DNA of 64,000 nucleotides from Verrucomicrobiales bacterium (lineage in GTDB: Bacteria > Verrucomicrobiota > Verrucomicrobiia > Limisphaerales > CAIMTB01), in the NCBI GenBank assembly GCA_016795425.1, contig JAEUHG010000087.1, positions 83,410 to 147,409 of the forward strand, in the 5' to 3' direction. A model generated the notes under the pieces. It had not been told where the DNA came from, made no database searches, and saw nothing but the letters and a program-made list of their open reading frames with translations. Position numbers and translations under genes: made by a program. Shown here one piece after another: positions 48,134 to 56,656 of the stretch. Positions within the stretch are counted from its first letter, which is position 1. Every line of letters starts with the position of its first letter.

Positions 48134-51021
48134 GTCGGAACCAGGCGTGGGCGCAAACCAGACCCGTGAACCGGCGAATCCCCGGATCGGTGTGGTGTAG
48201 CGGTTGGCGGCGCCCGGCGTTGCTCGGCTGCTGCCTGATTCTCGGGTGCCTGAGCCTGAGCGCGGGTGCGGCATCGGTCGAGGAAGTGGTGGTGGTCTTC
48301 AAGACCCACTTCGATATCGGCTATACCGACATGGCGTCCAACGTCGTGAATCGCTATCGCACGACGATGATGGACGGCGCCTTGGAGGTGGTGGAGGCGA
48401 GCCGGGACCTGCCGGCGGAGCAGCGATTTGTCTGGACCCTGGCCGGTTGGCCGATGGCGCAGATTCTGAAGAACGACGGGTTCGCGGGTGCCGCCCGGTT
48501 GGCACGCATTCAGTCAGCAATGGCGGAGGGACGGTTCGTCGTGCATGGATTGCCGTTTACCACGCATACCGAGTTGCTGGAGTTGGAAGATCTCGTGCGT
48601 GGACTGGAATATTCTCGTCGGATGGCAGTCGCCGCCGGCCAGGCACTTCCGCGCGACGCGAAAATGACGGATGTACCCAGCCATTCCTGGGTCATCCCGA
48701 CCTTGCTGCGGCGGGCCGGCATCGAGTTCCTTCACCTGGGCTGCAACGCGGCCAGCCGGTCGCCGGCGGTGCCCCGGTTGTTTTGGTGGGAGGGACCCGA
48801 TGGATCGCGGGTCCTGACAATGTACACCGCCGAGAGCTACGGGACGGGCTTGGTGCCGCCGCCGGACTGGCCCCATCGCACCTGGCTCGCGCTGATCCAC
48901 ACGGGAGATAACCACGGTCCACCCACGCCGAACGAGGTGCGCTCCATGATGGCCGAGGCGGCCTTGAAATTGCCTGGGATTCGGGTGCGAATCGGACGCC
49001 TCTCCGATTTTGCCGATGCGTTGCGAGCCGAGCAACCATCCCTGCCGATCATTCGCGGCGATATGCCGGACACTTGGATTCATGGGCCGATGAGCGATCC
49101 GGCGGGTGCGGCGTTGGCCCGTCGGACCCGGCCGGAACTTTCGACGGCTGAGTCGCTGCACACGCTGTTGGGAATCTGGGGAGCGGACCAGAATTGGCCG
49201 AAGGCGGGAGTCGATCGTGCGTTCGAAGGGAGCTTATTGTACGGCGAGCATACCTGGGGCGGCGGTCAGTATTGGATTCGCCGATACACCGACCCGGGAG
49301 GATTCCCCTATGATGAAACTTGGAGAGCCTGGCGAACTCAGCCGGCGGTCCGTCGCCTCGAAGGCTCCTGGGAGGAACACACCGATTACATCCGCCGCGC
49401 CTCCGCCTGGAGCCGTGCCTGGTTACGGGACGGTCTAAAGCGATTGGCACGGTCGGTGGCGGTTGAGGGACGCCGGGTCGTGGTGTTCAACCCATTGCCA
49501 TGGGAACGCGATGACGAGGTCACATTGGATGAGGATTTCCCGGGAGACATCGAGGGCTTGCGACCGGTGAAGGGGGGCGCGGGGGACGGCATCGAGAGGG
49601 TTGATCGTCGGGGTGGCCGGGCAACTTTCGTGGCGCGCAGGGTACCTGGTCTCGGCTATCGCACCTACGTGCCCGCCCATGCCGGAAAAGGGGCAGTGCG
49701 GGACGGGATTCGCTGCGATGCCGATGCGGGAGTGCTGGAGAATTCGCATTTCCGACTCGTTCTCGACTCGGAGCGGGGGGCGATTCGCTCAATGGTCGAA
49801 AGGCGATCCGGCCGGGAGTGTGTCGATGCCTCGAGTCCCCACGGATTCGGCGCGTTTCTCTACGAGCGCTATTCGCGCCGCGAGGTGGACCAGTTTGTCG
49901 CGGACTATGTGAAAATCAGCGCCGATTGGGCGACCAACGAGTTGGGCAAGCCGCTGATGCCCTCGGCGGACGAGGTGCCCTACCGGGCGGAATCGGTGCG
50001 AGGTTTCGAGGTGGAATATCATCGGACTCCGATCGGCGTGGAGGCGGTGATGAAGTCACGTGTGGCGGTTGGGGGCGACGCGGCGGCGCCGTCGGGCTGC
50101 GGCGTGACCCTGCGGGTTCGGCTGCCGGCGAACCTGCCGTGGGTGGAACTGGAAATGACCCTGACCGACAAGGCAGCGCGTCCGTGGCCGGAGGCCGGAT
50201 GGTGGTGTCTGCCGTTTCGGATCGAATCGCCCGAGTTTCGCTTGGGCCGGTTGGGAGGAGTGGTGAATCCAGCGGCGGATCTCGTGCCCGGTTCGAACCA
50301 TGAGTTGTTTGCCTTGAACGGTGGGATGATCGTGGTCGGCGCGCGAGGGGAGGGGCTGGGTTTGTGTTCCCTGGACGCCCCGTTAGTGAGCCTGGGTCGG
50401 ACCGGTTGCTGGCGGTATACGACCCGATGGAAGGAACGCGATGCCTCCGTGTATGTGAACCTGTTCAACAACCAATGGACGACGAATTTCCGGTTTTGGA
50501 ATGAAGGCACCTGGACCTATCGGCTGCGGTTGTGGGCAATCCCATCCCAGGCCCCGATCCGCGAAAGTCTGACGGTCCCGTCCCTCGAGGCGCGTTGGCC
50601 CCTGCGCGGCACGATGACGGAGGGAGGACGCGGGACTTTGCCGCCGAACCAGGAGGGGCTTTCGGTTTCGGAACGAGGCGTGTTGGTGACGAGTTTCGGT
50701 CGGTCGCCCGCTGACGACGTTGGAGTGCTGGGTGGCTATTCGGGGCCCGCAATGTTGCCGACGGAGAGTGCTGCGGCGCCGGGCAAGGTGCGGTTGCGGC
50801 TTTGGGATCAGTCCGGGGGCGAGGGCAGCCGGAGGACGATCCGGGTGCGGCTACCCAAGGGTTTTGAGGATGCTGAGATCCACCGGACCGACCTGCGCGG
50901 GCAACCGGAAGGGCGTGTGGCTCGGCGGGCGGGGAGGTTCTTTCAGTACGAGATGGAACCTTGGGCTCCGGCAACCTTTGAATTTCGAACCCCTGGATCT
51001 GAATCGGCAACGACTCCATGA
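48130..51021 (+). CDS. GH38-like (alpha-mannosidase-fold) glycoside hydrolase family protein, secreted
   Basis: Start taken as GTG 48130, overlapping the corrinoid stop (GTGA). Signal ALLGCCLILGCLSLSAGAAS. VVVFKTHFDIGYTD, GRFVVHGLPFTTHTELLELEDLVRGLEY and AKMTDVPSHSWVIPTLLRRAGIEFLHLG follow the order of GH38 N-domain blocks by eye. The exact family is uncertain. Confidence 0.7.
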   Translation: MSRNQAWAQTRPVNRRIPGSVWCSGWRRPALLGCCLILGCLSLSAGAASVEEVVVVFKTHFDIGYTDMASNVVNRYRTTMMDGALEVVEASRDLPAEQRFVWTLAGWPMAQILKNDGFAGAARLARIQSAMAEGRFVVHGLPFTTHTELLELEDLVRGLEYSRRMAVAAGQALPRDAKMTDVPSHSWVIPTLLRRAGIEFLHLGCNAASRSPAVPRLFWWEGPDGSRVLTMYTAESYGTGLVPPPDWPHRTWLALIHTGDNHGPPTPNEVRSMMAEAALKLPGIRVRIGRLSDFADALRAEQPSLPIIRGDMPDTWIHGPMSDPAGAALARRTRPELSTAESLHTLLGIWGADQNWPKAGVDRAFEGSLLYGEHTWGGGQYWIRRYTDPGGFPYDETWRAWRTQPAVRRLEGSWEEHTDYIRRASAWSRAWLRDGLKRLARSVAVEGRRVVVFNPLPWERDDEVTLDEDFPGDIEGLRPVKGGAGDGIERVDRRGGRATFVARRVPGLGYRTYVPAHAGKGAVRDGIRCDADAGVLENSHFRLVLDSERGAIRSMVERRSGRECVDASSPHGFGAFLYERYSRREVDQFVADYVKISADWATNELGKPLMPSADEVPYRAESVRGFEVEYHRTPIGVEAVMKSRVAVGGDAAAPSGCGVTLRVRLPANLPWVELEMTLTDKAARPWPEAGWWCLPFRIESPEFRLGRLGGVVNPAADLVPGSNHELFALNGGMIVVGARGEGLGLCSLDAPLVSLGRTGCWRYTTRWKERDASVYVNLFNNQWTTNFRFWNEGTWTYRLRLWAIPSQAPIRESLTVPSLEARWPLRGTMTEGGRGTLPPNQEGLSVSERGVLVTSFGRSPADDVGVLGGYSGPAMLPTESAAAPGKVRLRLWDQSGGEGSRRTIRVRLPKGFEDAEIHRTDLRGQPEGRVARRAGRFFQYEMEPWAPATFEFRTPGSESATTP

Positions 51022-52388
51022 ACGACAACTCCCGAAGCTCCGGAACCAATGTTGGCTACCTGCTGTTGATCAGCCTGGTGGCTGCGTTTGGTGGATTCTT
51101 GTTTGGCTATGACACCGCGGTGGTGTCCGGGGCGATCGGATTCCTGAAGGCGCATTTTCAATTGAGCGCGGATTTGACGGGGTGGGCCGCATCGAGCGTT
51201 CTGATTGGTTGCATGATGGGGGCCATGATGGGTGGTCCGATCGGCGATCGGTTCGGACGCAAAGCCAGTTTGATGCTCTGCGCCGGCCTGTTTTTCGTGT
51301 CCTCGCTGGCCTCCGCGGTTCCCACGACCCTCAGTCAATTTGCCTGGGCTCGCTTCATGGGCGGATTGGCGATTGGCGCGGCCTCCATTCTATCACCGAT
51401 CTACATCGCGGAAATTGCGCCCGAACGCATGCGGGGCCGGTTGGTGTCGCTGTACCAATTGGCGATCGTGATCGGGATCTTGGCGGTGTTCTTTGTGAAT
51501 CTTCAGATCCAACGGTACGGCGACACCCAATGGAACACGCAGACCGGCTGGCGGTGGATGTTTGCCTCGTTGACGCTGCCCTCGGCGCTGTTCGGATTGC
51601 TGATGGGATTGGTGCCGGAGAGTCCGCGATGGTGGATGAAGGTCGGCAAGCCCGAGAAGGCGAGGCGGATTTTGGAGAAGATCGGGGGCCCTGCGAATGC
51701 GGCGCGGGAGGTGGCGGAGATCGAGAGCGCCTTGCGGCTGGAGCAGGGGCGCTGGTCGGAGTTGTTTGCGGGAGGGTATGGCCGGGCGCTGTTGGTCGGT
51801 GCGTTGCTGGCGATCTTCAGTCAATTCAGCGGCATCAACGCGATCATGTACTATGGCCCAGAGGTCTTCAAAACGGCCGGGGTGGGCCAGGACGCCGCGT
51901 TTGTACAAACGGTGACGGTCGGGGCGATCAACGTCCTGTTCACGTTCGTGGCCATTGGATTCGTGGATCGATGGGGGCGCCGGGCCCTGCTGCTCATCGG
52001 TACCTCGGTGCAGACGCTGGCCCACGCCATGGTGGGATGGTGTTTTGCCACCGGCCGTAACGATGCCGTGCTGTTGGGGGGCATTCTTATCTTTGTGGCG
52101 GCCTTCGCCATGGCGATGGGACCGGTGTCTTGGATCGTGAATGCCGAGATTTTTCCCACGAAACTGCGTGGTCGCGCGATGGCGATTTCCATCTTCCTGC
52201 TATGGCTGGCGTGTTACCTGGTCTCGCAGACGTTTCCAATGCTGGTCGAAGCAATCGGGCCCGCCAGGACGTTTTGGGTTTACGGCGGTTGCAGTCTGGT
52301 GAGTTTCGTGTTCGTGCTGCTGATGGTTCCGGAGACGAAGGGCAAGACGCTCGAGGAAATTCAGGCGCATTGGAACCGGGGGCGGTGA
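51018..52388 (+). CDS. Sugar-porter-family MFS transporter
   Basis: GGFLFGYDTAVVSGA, GDRFGRK, PESPRWW, PETKGKTLEEI are classical sugar porter motifs. The ATG overlaps the GH38-like stop (ATGA). Confidence 0.9.
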   Translation: MNDNSRSSGTNVGYLLLISLVAAFGGFLFGYDTAVVSGAIGFLKAHFQLSADLTGWAASSVLIGCMMGAMMGGPIGDRFGRKASLMLCAGLFFVSSLASAVPTTLSQFAWARFMGGLAIGAASILSPIYIAEIAPERMRGRLVSLYQLAIVIGILAVFFVNLQIQRYGDTQWNTQTGWRWMFASLTLPSALFGLLMGLVPESPRWWMKVGKPEKARRILEKIGGPANAAREVAEIESALRLEQGRWSELFAGGYGRALLVGALLAIFSQFSGINAIMYYGPEVFKTAGVGQDAAFVQTVTVGAINVLFTFVAIGFVDRWGRRALLLIGTSVQTLAHAMVGWCFATGRNDAVLLGGILIFVAAFAMAMGPVSWIVNAEIFPTKLRGRAMAISIFLLWLACYLVSQTFPMLVEAIGPARTFWVYGGCSLVSFVFVLLMVPETKGKTLEEIQAHWNRGR

Positions 52389-52464
52389 GGGGTGGGGAAG
52401 AGGGAAGAGCGACGGGTGACTTGGTGTGCGGGGGCCGTGTTCGCCCTTCCCGCTTCCCCACCCC
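52389..52464. terminator. Large G-rich/C-rich hairpin between convergent genes (candidate bidirectional terminator)
   Basis: ggggtggggaagagggaagagcg (52389-52411) pairs with cgcccttcccgcttccccacccc (52442-52464) at 21/23 positions, with a 30-nt loop. It starts at the first base after the MFS stop. There is no U-tract. Confidence 0.5.
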
Positions 52465-52488
52465 CACCCTTCCCTCCCGGATCAACCA

Positions 52489-54657
52489 TCAAGGCCGCGG
52501 GTAGACGGAGGAAGTGCAGTGGACGGCTCCGAATTTGCGTTGGGATTCGGCAGACCGGATGGGTTGGATCTTGCGTTGAGGACCCAGGGCCTTGCGGAAG
52601 GCGTCGGCGGCGGCGCGGTCCAGTGGGGTGTAGAAGCCGCCGAAAACCGGCATCACATAGCCTCCGGCGTGTTGGATCCCGTTGAGGTAGTTGATGGCAT
52701 AATGAAGCTCGGTGAGGCTCGGAATGGGAATGAGTTGAAAACCAAGTTCCCGCAGGCGGCCCGCCTGAGACGCACGGGCTTCTTCGATCCGGCGCAAGGC
52801 CTGTAGATATAGGCCTCGGGGCGAATCAGGGGCGGACGTGGTCGTTGACGGCAGCGAAACCTCCAACAGGTCGGCTGCCACCAGGAATGTCTGAAGGTTG
52901 CGGGCGGCGCTGTCCGTGGTGTCGATGACAAAGCACCGGGAGACCGCTTCCGCAATTCCGTCGGGCCCACGAGGGAGCCGGGAGAGGAGTTGCGTCAAGG
53001 CTTGGGAAAGACCCGGAGCATCGTTGACGGCCAATCGTTGCTCGGCGTTTCGCAGGGCATTGGTATCGATGCCGGGCGCCTTGGCCAACGCCGCCAGGCC
53101 GAGGCCCAGGATGATGCGCACGGCGGCAGGATGGTCATTGACGAAGGCCAGCGGCTTTTCGCCATCGGTGCGCAGGTTGACATCGTAGTCGAGATGGTAC
53201 GAAACGGATGGCAACACCTCGCACCGACTGGCGCCGAACTCGCGTCGGAAGGCTTCGATTGCCTGCTCCCGTGTGAGACCGAGGGCGACGTTGCGATAGA
53301 TCTCGCCTTCCCCGACCAGCAGGACCGGGCGCGGGGATGAAGGGTCCGCGACCGGCATGACGTTGCCGCCCTGGAAGAGCAGCGAGGAATGGAGGACGGG
53401 ATGCCCAGCGGCGGCGAGCCCATCCATCAAAAACGACTCCGCGGGCATGAACTGCGATGCGCCTTCGTCGATGCAGGCATAGCGAGGGACCAGGGTGGCG
53501 GGCACGGCGTTGGTGGGGTTCGGCGGACGCGCGAGCAGACCGCCCTTGCCGTTGTCCTGCGCCCATGAAGACATCCGGTACGGTTCGACGCACAGGGTGA
53601 CTTGGTGGACCCGTCGAAGGCGCCACAATGTCTTGGCCATCCACTCGACTCCGTCCGCGGCGATCTGCGGCACGCTGATGATGAAGTCCGCGTTGGGGAA
53701 CGCCTCCACCAGTTGGTACAAGACATCCAGAACATCGCCCGGGATCAGGCCGTCGCTCCAGCCGCCCCCCGCCTGAAGTCGGAGGAGACCCACCTCGTGA
53801 CGTCCGCATTCACTGGCGACGATGAAATCGGGTGCACTGGGCTGAAAGTCGAACTCGGCGCTCTTGAGCGAGGCGATGAGGTCGTTGAGGGGAGTGCCGG
53901 CGGCAAGGCGCCGGCTAATGGTCCTCACGATCTCAAGTTCGGTTCCCTTTGGTGCCGCGGCTCCTTCGGGCGGATAGCGAAAGTGGCGAAGAAGGTCCGT
54001 GGGAAGTCCCAGCACCTGCAGGCGTGCGAGGTCGGGCGTGCCGGGGCCGAGGATTTGGAGAACGTGGGCGAGCGTCGGGAGAAGTCCGTCGGACGCGAGT
54101 CGGCGCTCGATCCAAGCGGCCGCCTCGGCATCGGCGCCAGTGGGCGGAGGCAACACCCACCAGAGATTGGAGCCCGCGGTTTGGCGATGGTCGAGAATGG
54201 GGGCGCGGAACCCACGGGGCGGCACGGCGTTGCTGGGGCAAGTCGCGCGCAGCTGCTCGATGGACGCTTCCCGCTCCGCTTTCAGGACCCGCACGAATTT
54301 TCCGACGCGGCCACGGGCAGTGAACTCCTTGGATGGCATTGGGCCGATGCTGGGAGCGGCCCGGTATTGGCGGTTTTGAAAGGAGTCAATGAGGCGGCGG
54401 TCATTGAAGCGCTGAAGGAGGTGGTCGGGCAGCCCGTAGTTGGTGAGGACCGAGGCGGAAACCGATTCCCGGACGATCGTTTCGGCGGAGGCGCGGAAGG
54501 AGACGGTTGGGAGTGAGAGAACCAGCAGGAGGACAAGAGCCGGGAACGTCGGGATTGGCCGGCACCGAACGCCGGCGATGACCGAGGGCTGTGTGGGCGG
54601 GGTGAGGCGCGTTCCGGACGAGGAACGTGGGCGCGTAGGTACAGAGGCGTCGCGCAT
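52489..54657 (-). CDS. Secreted/periplasmic protein with a C-terminal agmatine-deiminase/PAD-like (guanidino-modifying, pentein) domain and an unknown ~330-aa N-terminal region
   Basis: 722 aa. Signal/TM PALVLLLVLSLPTVSFRASA. The C-terminal half has, in order, SWAQDNGKGG, FQGGNVMPVADP..LLVGEGEIYRN, SVSYHLDYDVNL, NYLNGIQHAGGYVMPVFGG..PLDRAAADAFRKALGPQRKIQPI and GAVHCTS. The putative catalytic Cys codon is at 52516-52518. Confidence 0.65.
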   Translation of the reverse strand: MRDASVPTRPRSSSGTRLTPPTQPSVIAGVRCRPIPTFPALVLLLVLSLPTVSFRASAETIVRESVSASVLTNYGLPDHLLQRFNDRRLIDSFQNRQYRAAPSIGPMPSKEFTARGRVGKFVRVLKAEREASIEQLRATCPSNAVPPRGFRAPILDHRQTAGSNLWWVLPPPTGADAEAAAWIERRLASDGLLPTLAHVLQILGPGTPDLARLQVLGLPTDLLRHFRYPPEGAAAPKGTELEIVRTISRRLAAGTPLNDLIASLKSAEFDFQPSAPDFIVASECGRHEVGLLRLQAGGGWSDGLIPGDVLDVLYQLVEAFPNADFIISVPQIAADGVEWMAKTLWRLRRVHQVTLCVEPYRMSSWAQDNGKGGLLARPPNPTNAVPATLVPRYACIDEGASQFMPAESFLMDGLAAAGHPVLHSSLLFQGGNVMPVADPSSPRPVLLVGEGEIYRNVALGLTREQAIEAFRREFGASRCEVLPSVSYHLDYDVNLRTDGEKPLAFVNDHPAAVRIILGLGLAALAKAPGIDTNALRNAEQRLAVNDAPGLSQALTQLLSRLPRGPDGIAEAVSRCFVIDTTDSAARNLQTFLVAADLLEVSLPSTTTSAPDSPRGLYLQALRRIEEARASQAGRLRELGFQLIPIPSLTELHYAINYLNGIQHAGGYVMPVFGGFYTPLDRAAADAFRKALGPQRKIQPIRSAESQRKFGAVHCTSSVYPRP

Positions 54658-54664
54658 GACGCGA

Positions 54665-55879
54665 TCACTCGTAGCGCAAAGCTTCGATGGGATCGAGATT
54701 GGCGGCCTTGAGCGCGGGGAAGAACCCGAACACCACGCCGATGATGGCGCTGACCGAGAACGCGAGGATGACCGAGGAGTTCGAGATGAGGGTAGGGAAC
54801 CCGGCGAACTTGGTCAGCAGCGGGGCGAGCCAGTATCCGGTGCCGATGCCTAGAGCCCCGCCGACGACGCTGAGCAGGACGGCTTCCGTGAGGAACTGTC
54901 TGAGGACATCACGGGCACGGGCGCCGACGGCAAGTCGGATGCCGATTTCACGGGTCCGTTCGGTGACGCTGACCAGCATGATATTCATGATGCCGATGCC
55001 GCCGACGACCAGGGAGATGCCGGCAAAGGCGCCAATGAGCAGGGTCATGATTCGATTGCTGGCGTTGGCAAAGTCGCTCATCTCCTGTTGCGAGCGAATC
55101 GAGAAATCGTCCTCACGGTCGGGAGTAATCTGGTGATTCTGACGCAGGATGGCGGCGATCTGGTTGGTCACTTCAGTGAGCACTTCCGCCGAGGCGAACT
55201 GGACGTTGAAGGCGCGGAATTTGGTATCCCCGGACAGGCGTTTCATGGCGCTGGTGTACGGCATGAGAATGCAATCGTCCTGGTCCGAACCAAAGGCGTT
55301 GGCGCCCTTGGCTGCCAACCAGCCCACGACCGTGAACGGGACATTCTTGATGCGGACAATTTGTCCGACGGGATCGATGCCTTCGCCGAACAGGGCCGTG
55401 GCGGTGGTTTTGCCGAGGAGACAGACCTTGTTGGCCGCCTGCACATCGAGTTCAGTGAAATTGTCGCCCGATTGGAATTTCCAGGACCGAATGTCGGCGT
55501 AATCGGCACTGACCCCCCAGATGCTCACTTGGGTGTTCTGATTGCCGGCGGCGACCTGAGCGCTGGTGCGGACTTCCGGACTGATACCGGCGAGGCCCTG
55601 TACTTCGCGTCGCAGGGTCTCGTAATCGCGATCGGTGAGCGTGGGCGACATGCCGAATCCGCCTCGCACGCCGCCGCGCGACATGTTTCCCGAGAAGATG
55701 ATGAGCAGATTGTTGCCCATGCTGGCGATCTGCTTGTCCACCTCGGCCTTGGCGCCGGCGCCCATGCTGACACCGACGATGACAGCGGAGATGCCGACGA
55801 TGATGCCAAGCATGGTGAGGAACGACCGGAGGATGTTCCTTCGAATGGCGCGGAGGGCGGTCTTGAAAATGGCGAACAT
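54665..55879 (-). CDS. ABC transporter permease, FtsX/MacB-type (second paralogue)
   Basis: 404 aa. LRSFLTMLGIIVGISAVIVGVSMG, and C-terminal GAFAGISLVVGGIGIMNIMLVSVTERTREIGIRLAVGAR...DPIEALRYE. Confidence 0.9.
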   Translation of the reverse strand: MFAIFKTALRAIRRNILRSFLTMLGIIVGISAVIVGVSMGAGAKAEVDKQIASMGNNLLIIFSGNMSRGGVRGGFGMSPTLTDRDYETLRREVQGLAGISPEVRTSAQVAAGNQNTQVSIWGVSADYADIRSWKFQSGDNFTELDVQAANKVCLLGKTTATALFGEGIDPVGQIVRIKNVPFTVVGWLAAKGANAFGSDQDDCILMPYTSAMKRLSGDTKFRAFNVQFASAEVLTEVTNQIAAILRQNHQITPDREDDFSIRSQQEMSDFANASNRIMTLLIGAFAGISLVVGGIGIMNIMLVSVTERTREIGIRLAVGARARDVLRQFLTEAVLLSVVGGALGIGTGYWLAPLLTKFAGFPTLISNSSVILAFSVSAIIGVVFGFFPALKAANLDPIEALRYE

Positions 55880-55882
55880 GAT

Positions 55883-56641
55883 TCAGGCGAGATGGACGGC
55901 CTTCTGTTCGGCTTCGAGGACGGCGATGGCTTCGTCCGCGTTGGACCGATGAGCCACGGTTTCGTCGGTCCGCACCACGCCGTCGCGCATCACGATCTTC
56001 CGTTTGGCGAAGCTGGCGATGTCGAGTTCGTGGGTGACCATGACGATGGTGATGCCCTGTTCGTTCAGTTTTTGGAAGACCCCCATCACCTCGACGCTGG
56101 TGCGGGAGTCAAGATTTCCGGTGGGTTCGTCCGCGAGCAGGACCCTGGGTTCGTTGACCAGGGCGCGGGCGATGGCAACGCGTTGCTGTTGGCCGCCGGA
56201 CAGTTGATTGGGGAAGTGGTCGGCACGATCGGCCAGGCCGACGAGGCCCAAGGCCTTGAGGGCGCGGTCCCTTTGTAAGCGCGCCGAGACGGCTGGACGG
56301 CTGTAAAGCATGGGGAGTTCGACGTTTTCCAGCGCGGAGGTTCGGGACAGGAGGTTGAATCCCTGGAACACGAAACCGAGCTTGCGGTTCCTGAGATCAG
56401 CCAGTTCATCGCGGTTCAGCGAGGCGATCTCGACTCCGTCCAGGACGTATTTGCCGCTGGTGGGGCGATCCAGGCAGCCCACCGTGTTCATCATGGTGGA
56501 TTTCCCGGAGCCGCTGGCTCCCATGATGGCGACAAACTCACCCGGGTAGATCGAAAGCGTGACACCCCGGACGGCATGGACTTCCAGCGACCCGTTGCGG
56601 TAGGTGCGCCGGAAGTCTTCGAGCTTGATGATGGGCTCCAT
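55883..56641 (-). CDS. ABC transporter ATP-binding protein (second paralogue)
   Basis: [36 protein letters not shown]. Confidence 0.9.
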   Translation of the reverse strand: MEPIIKLEDFRRTYRNGSLEVHAVRGVTLSIYPGEFVAIMGASGSGKSTMMNTVGCLDRPTSGKYVLDGVEIASLNRDELADLRNRKLGFVFQGFNLLSRTSALENVELPMLYSRPAVSARLQRDRALKALGLVGLADRADHFPNQLSGGQQQRVAIARALVNEPRVLLADEPTGNLDSRTSVEVMGVFQKLNEQGITIVMVTHELDIASFAKRKIVMRDGVVRTDETVAHRSNADEAIAVLEAEQKAVHLA

Positions 56642-56656
56642 GTTCGGACGCGCCGA

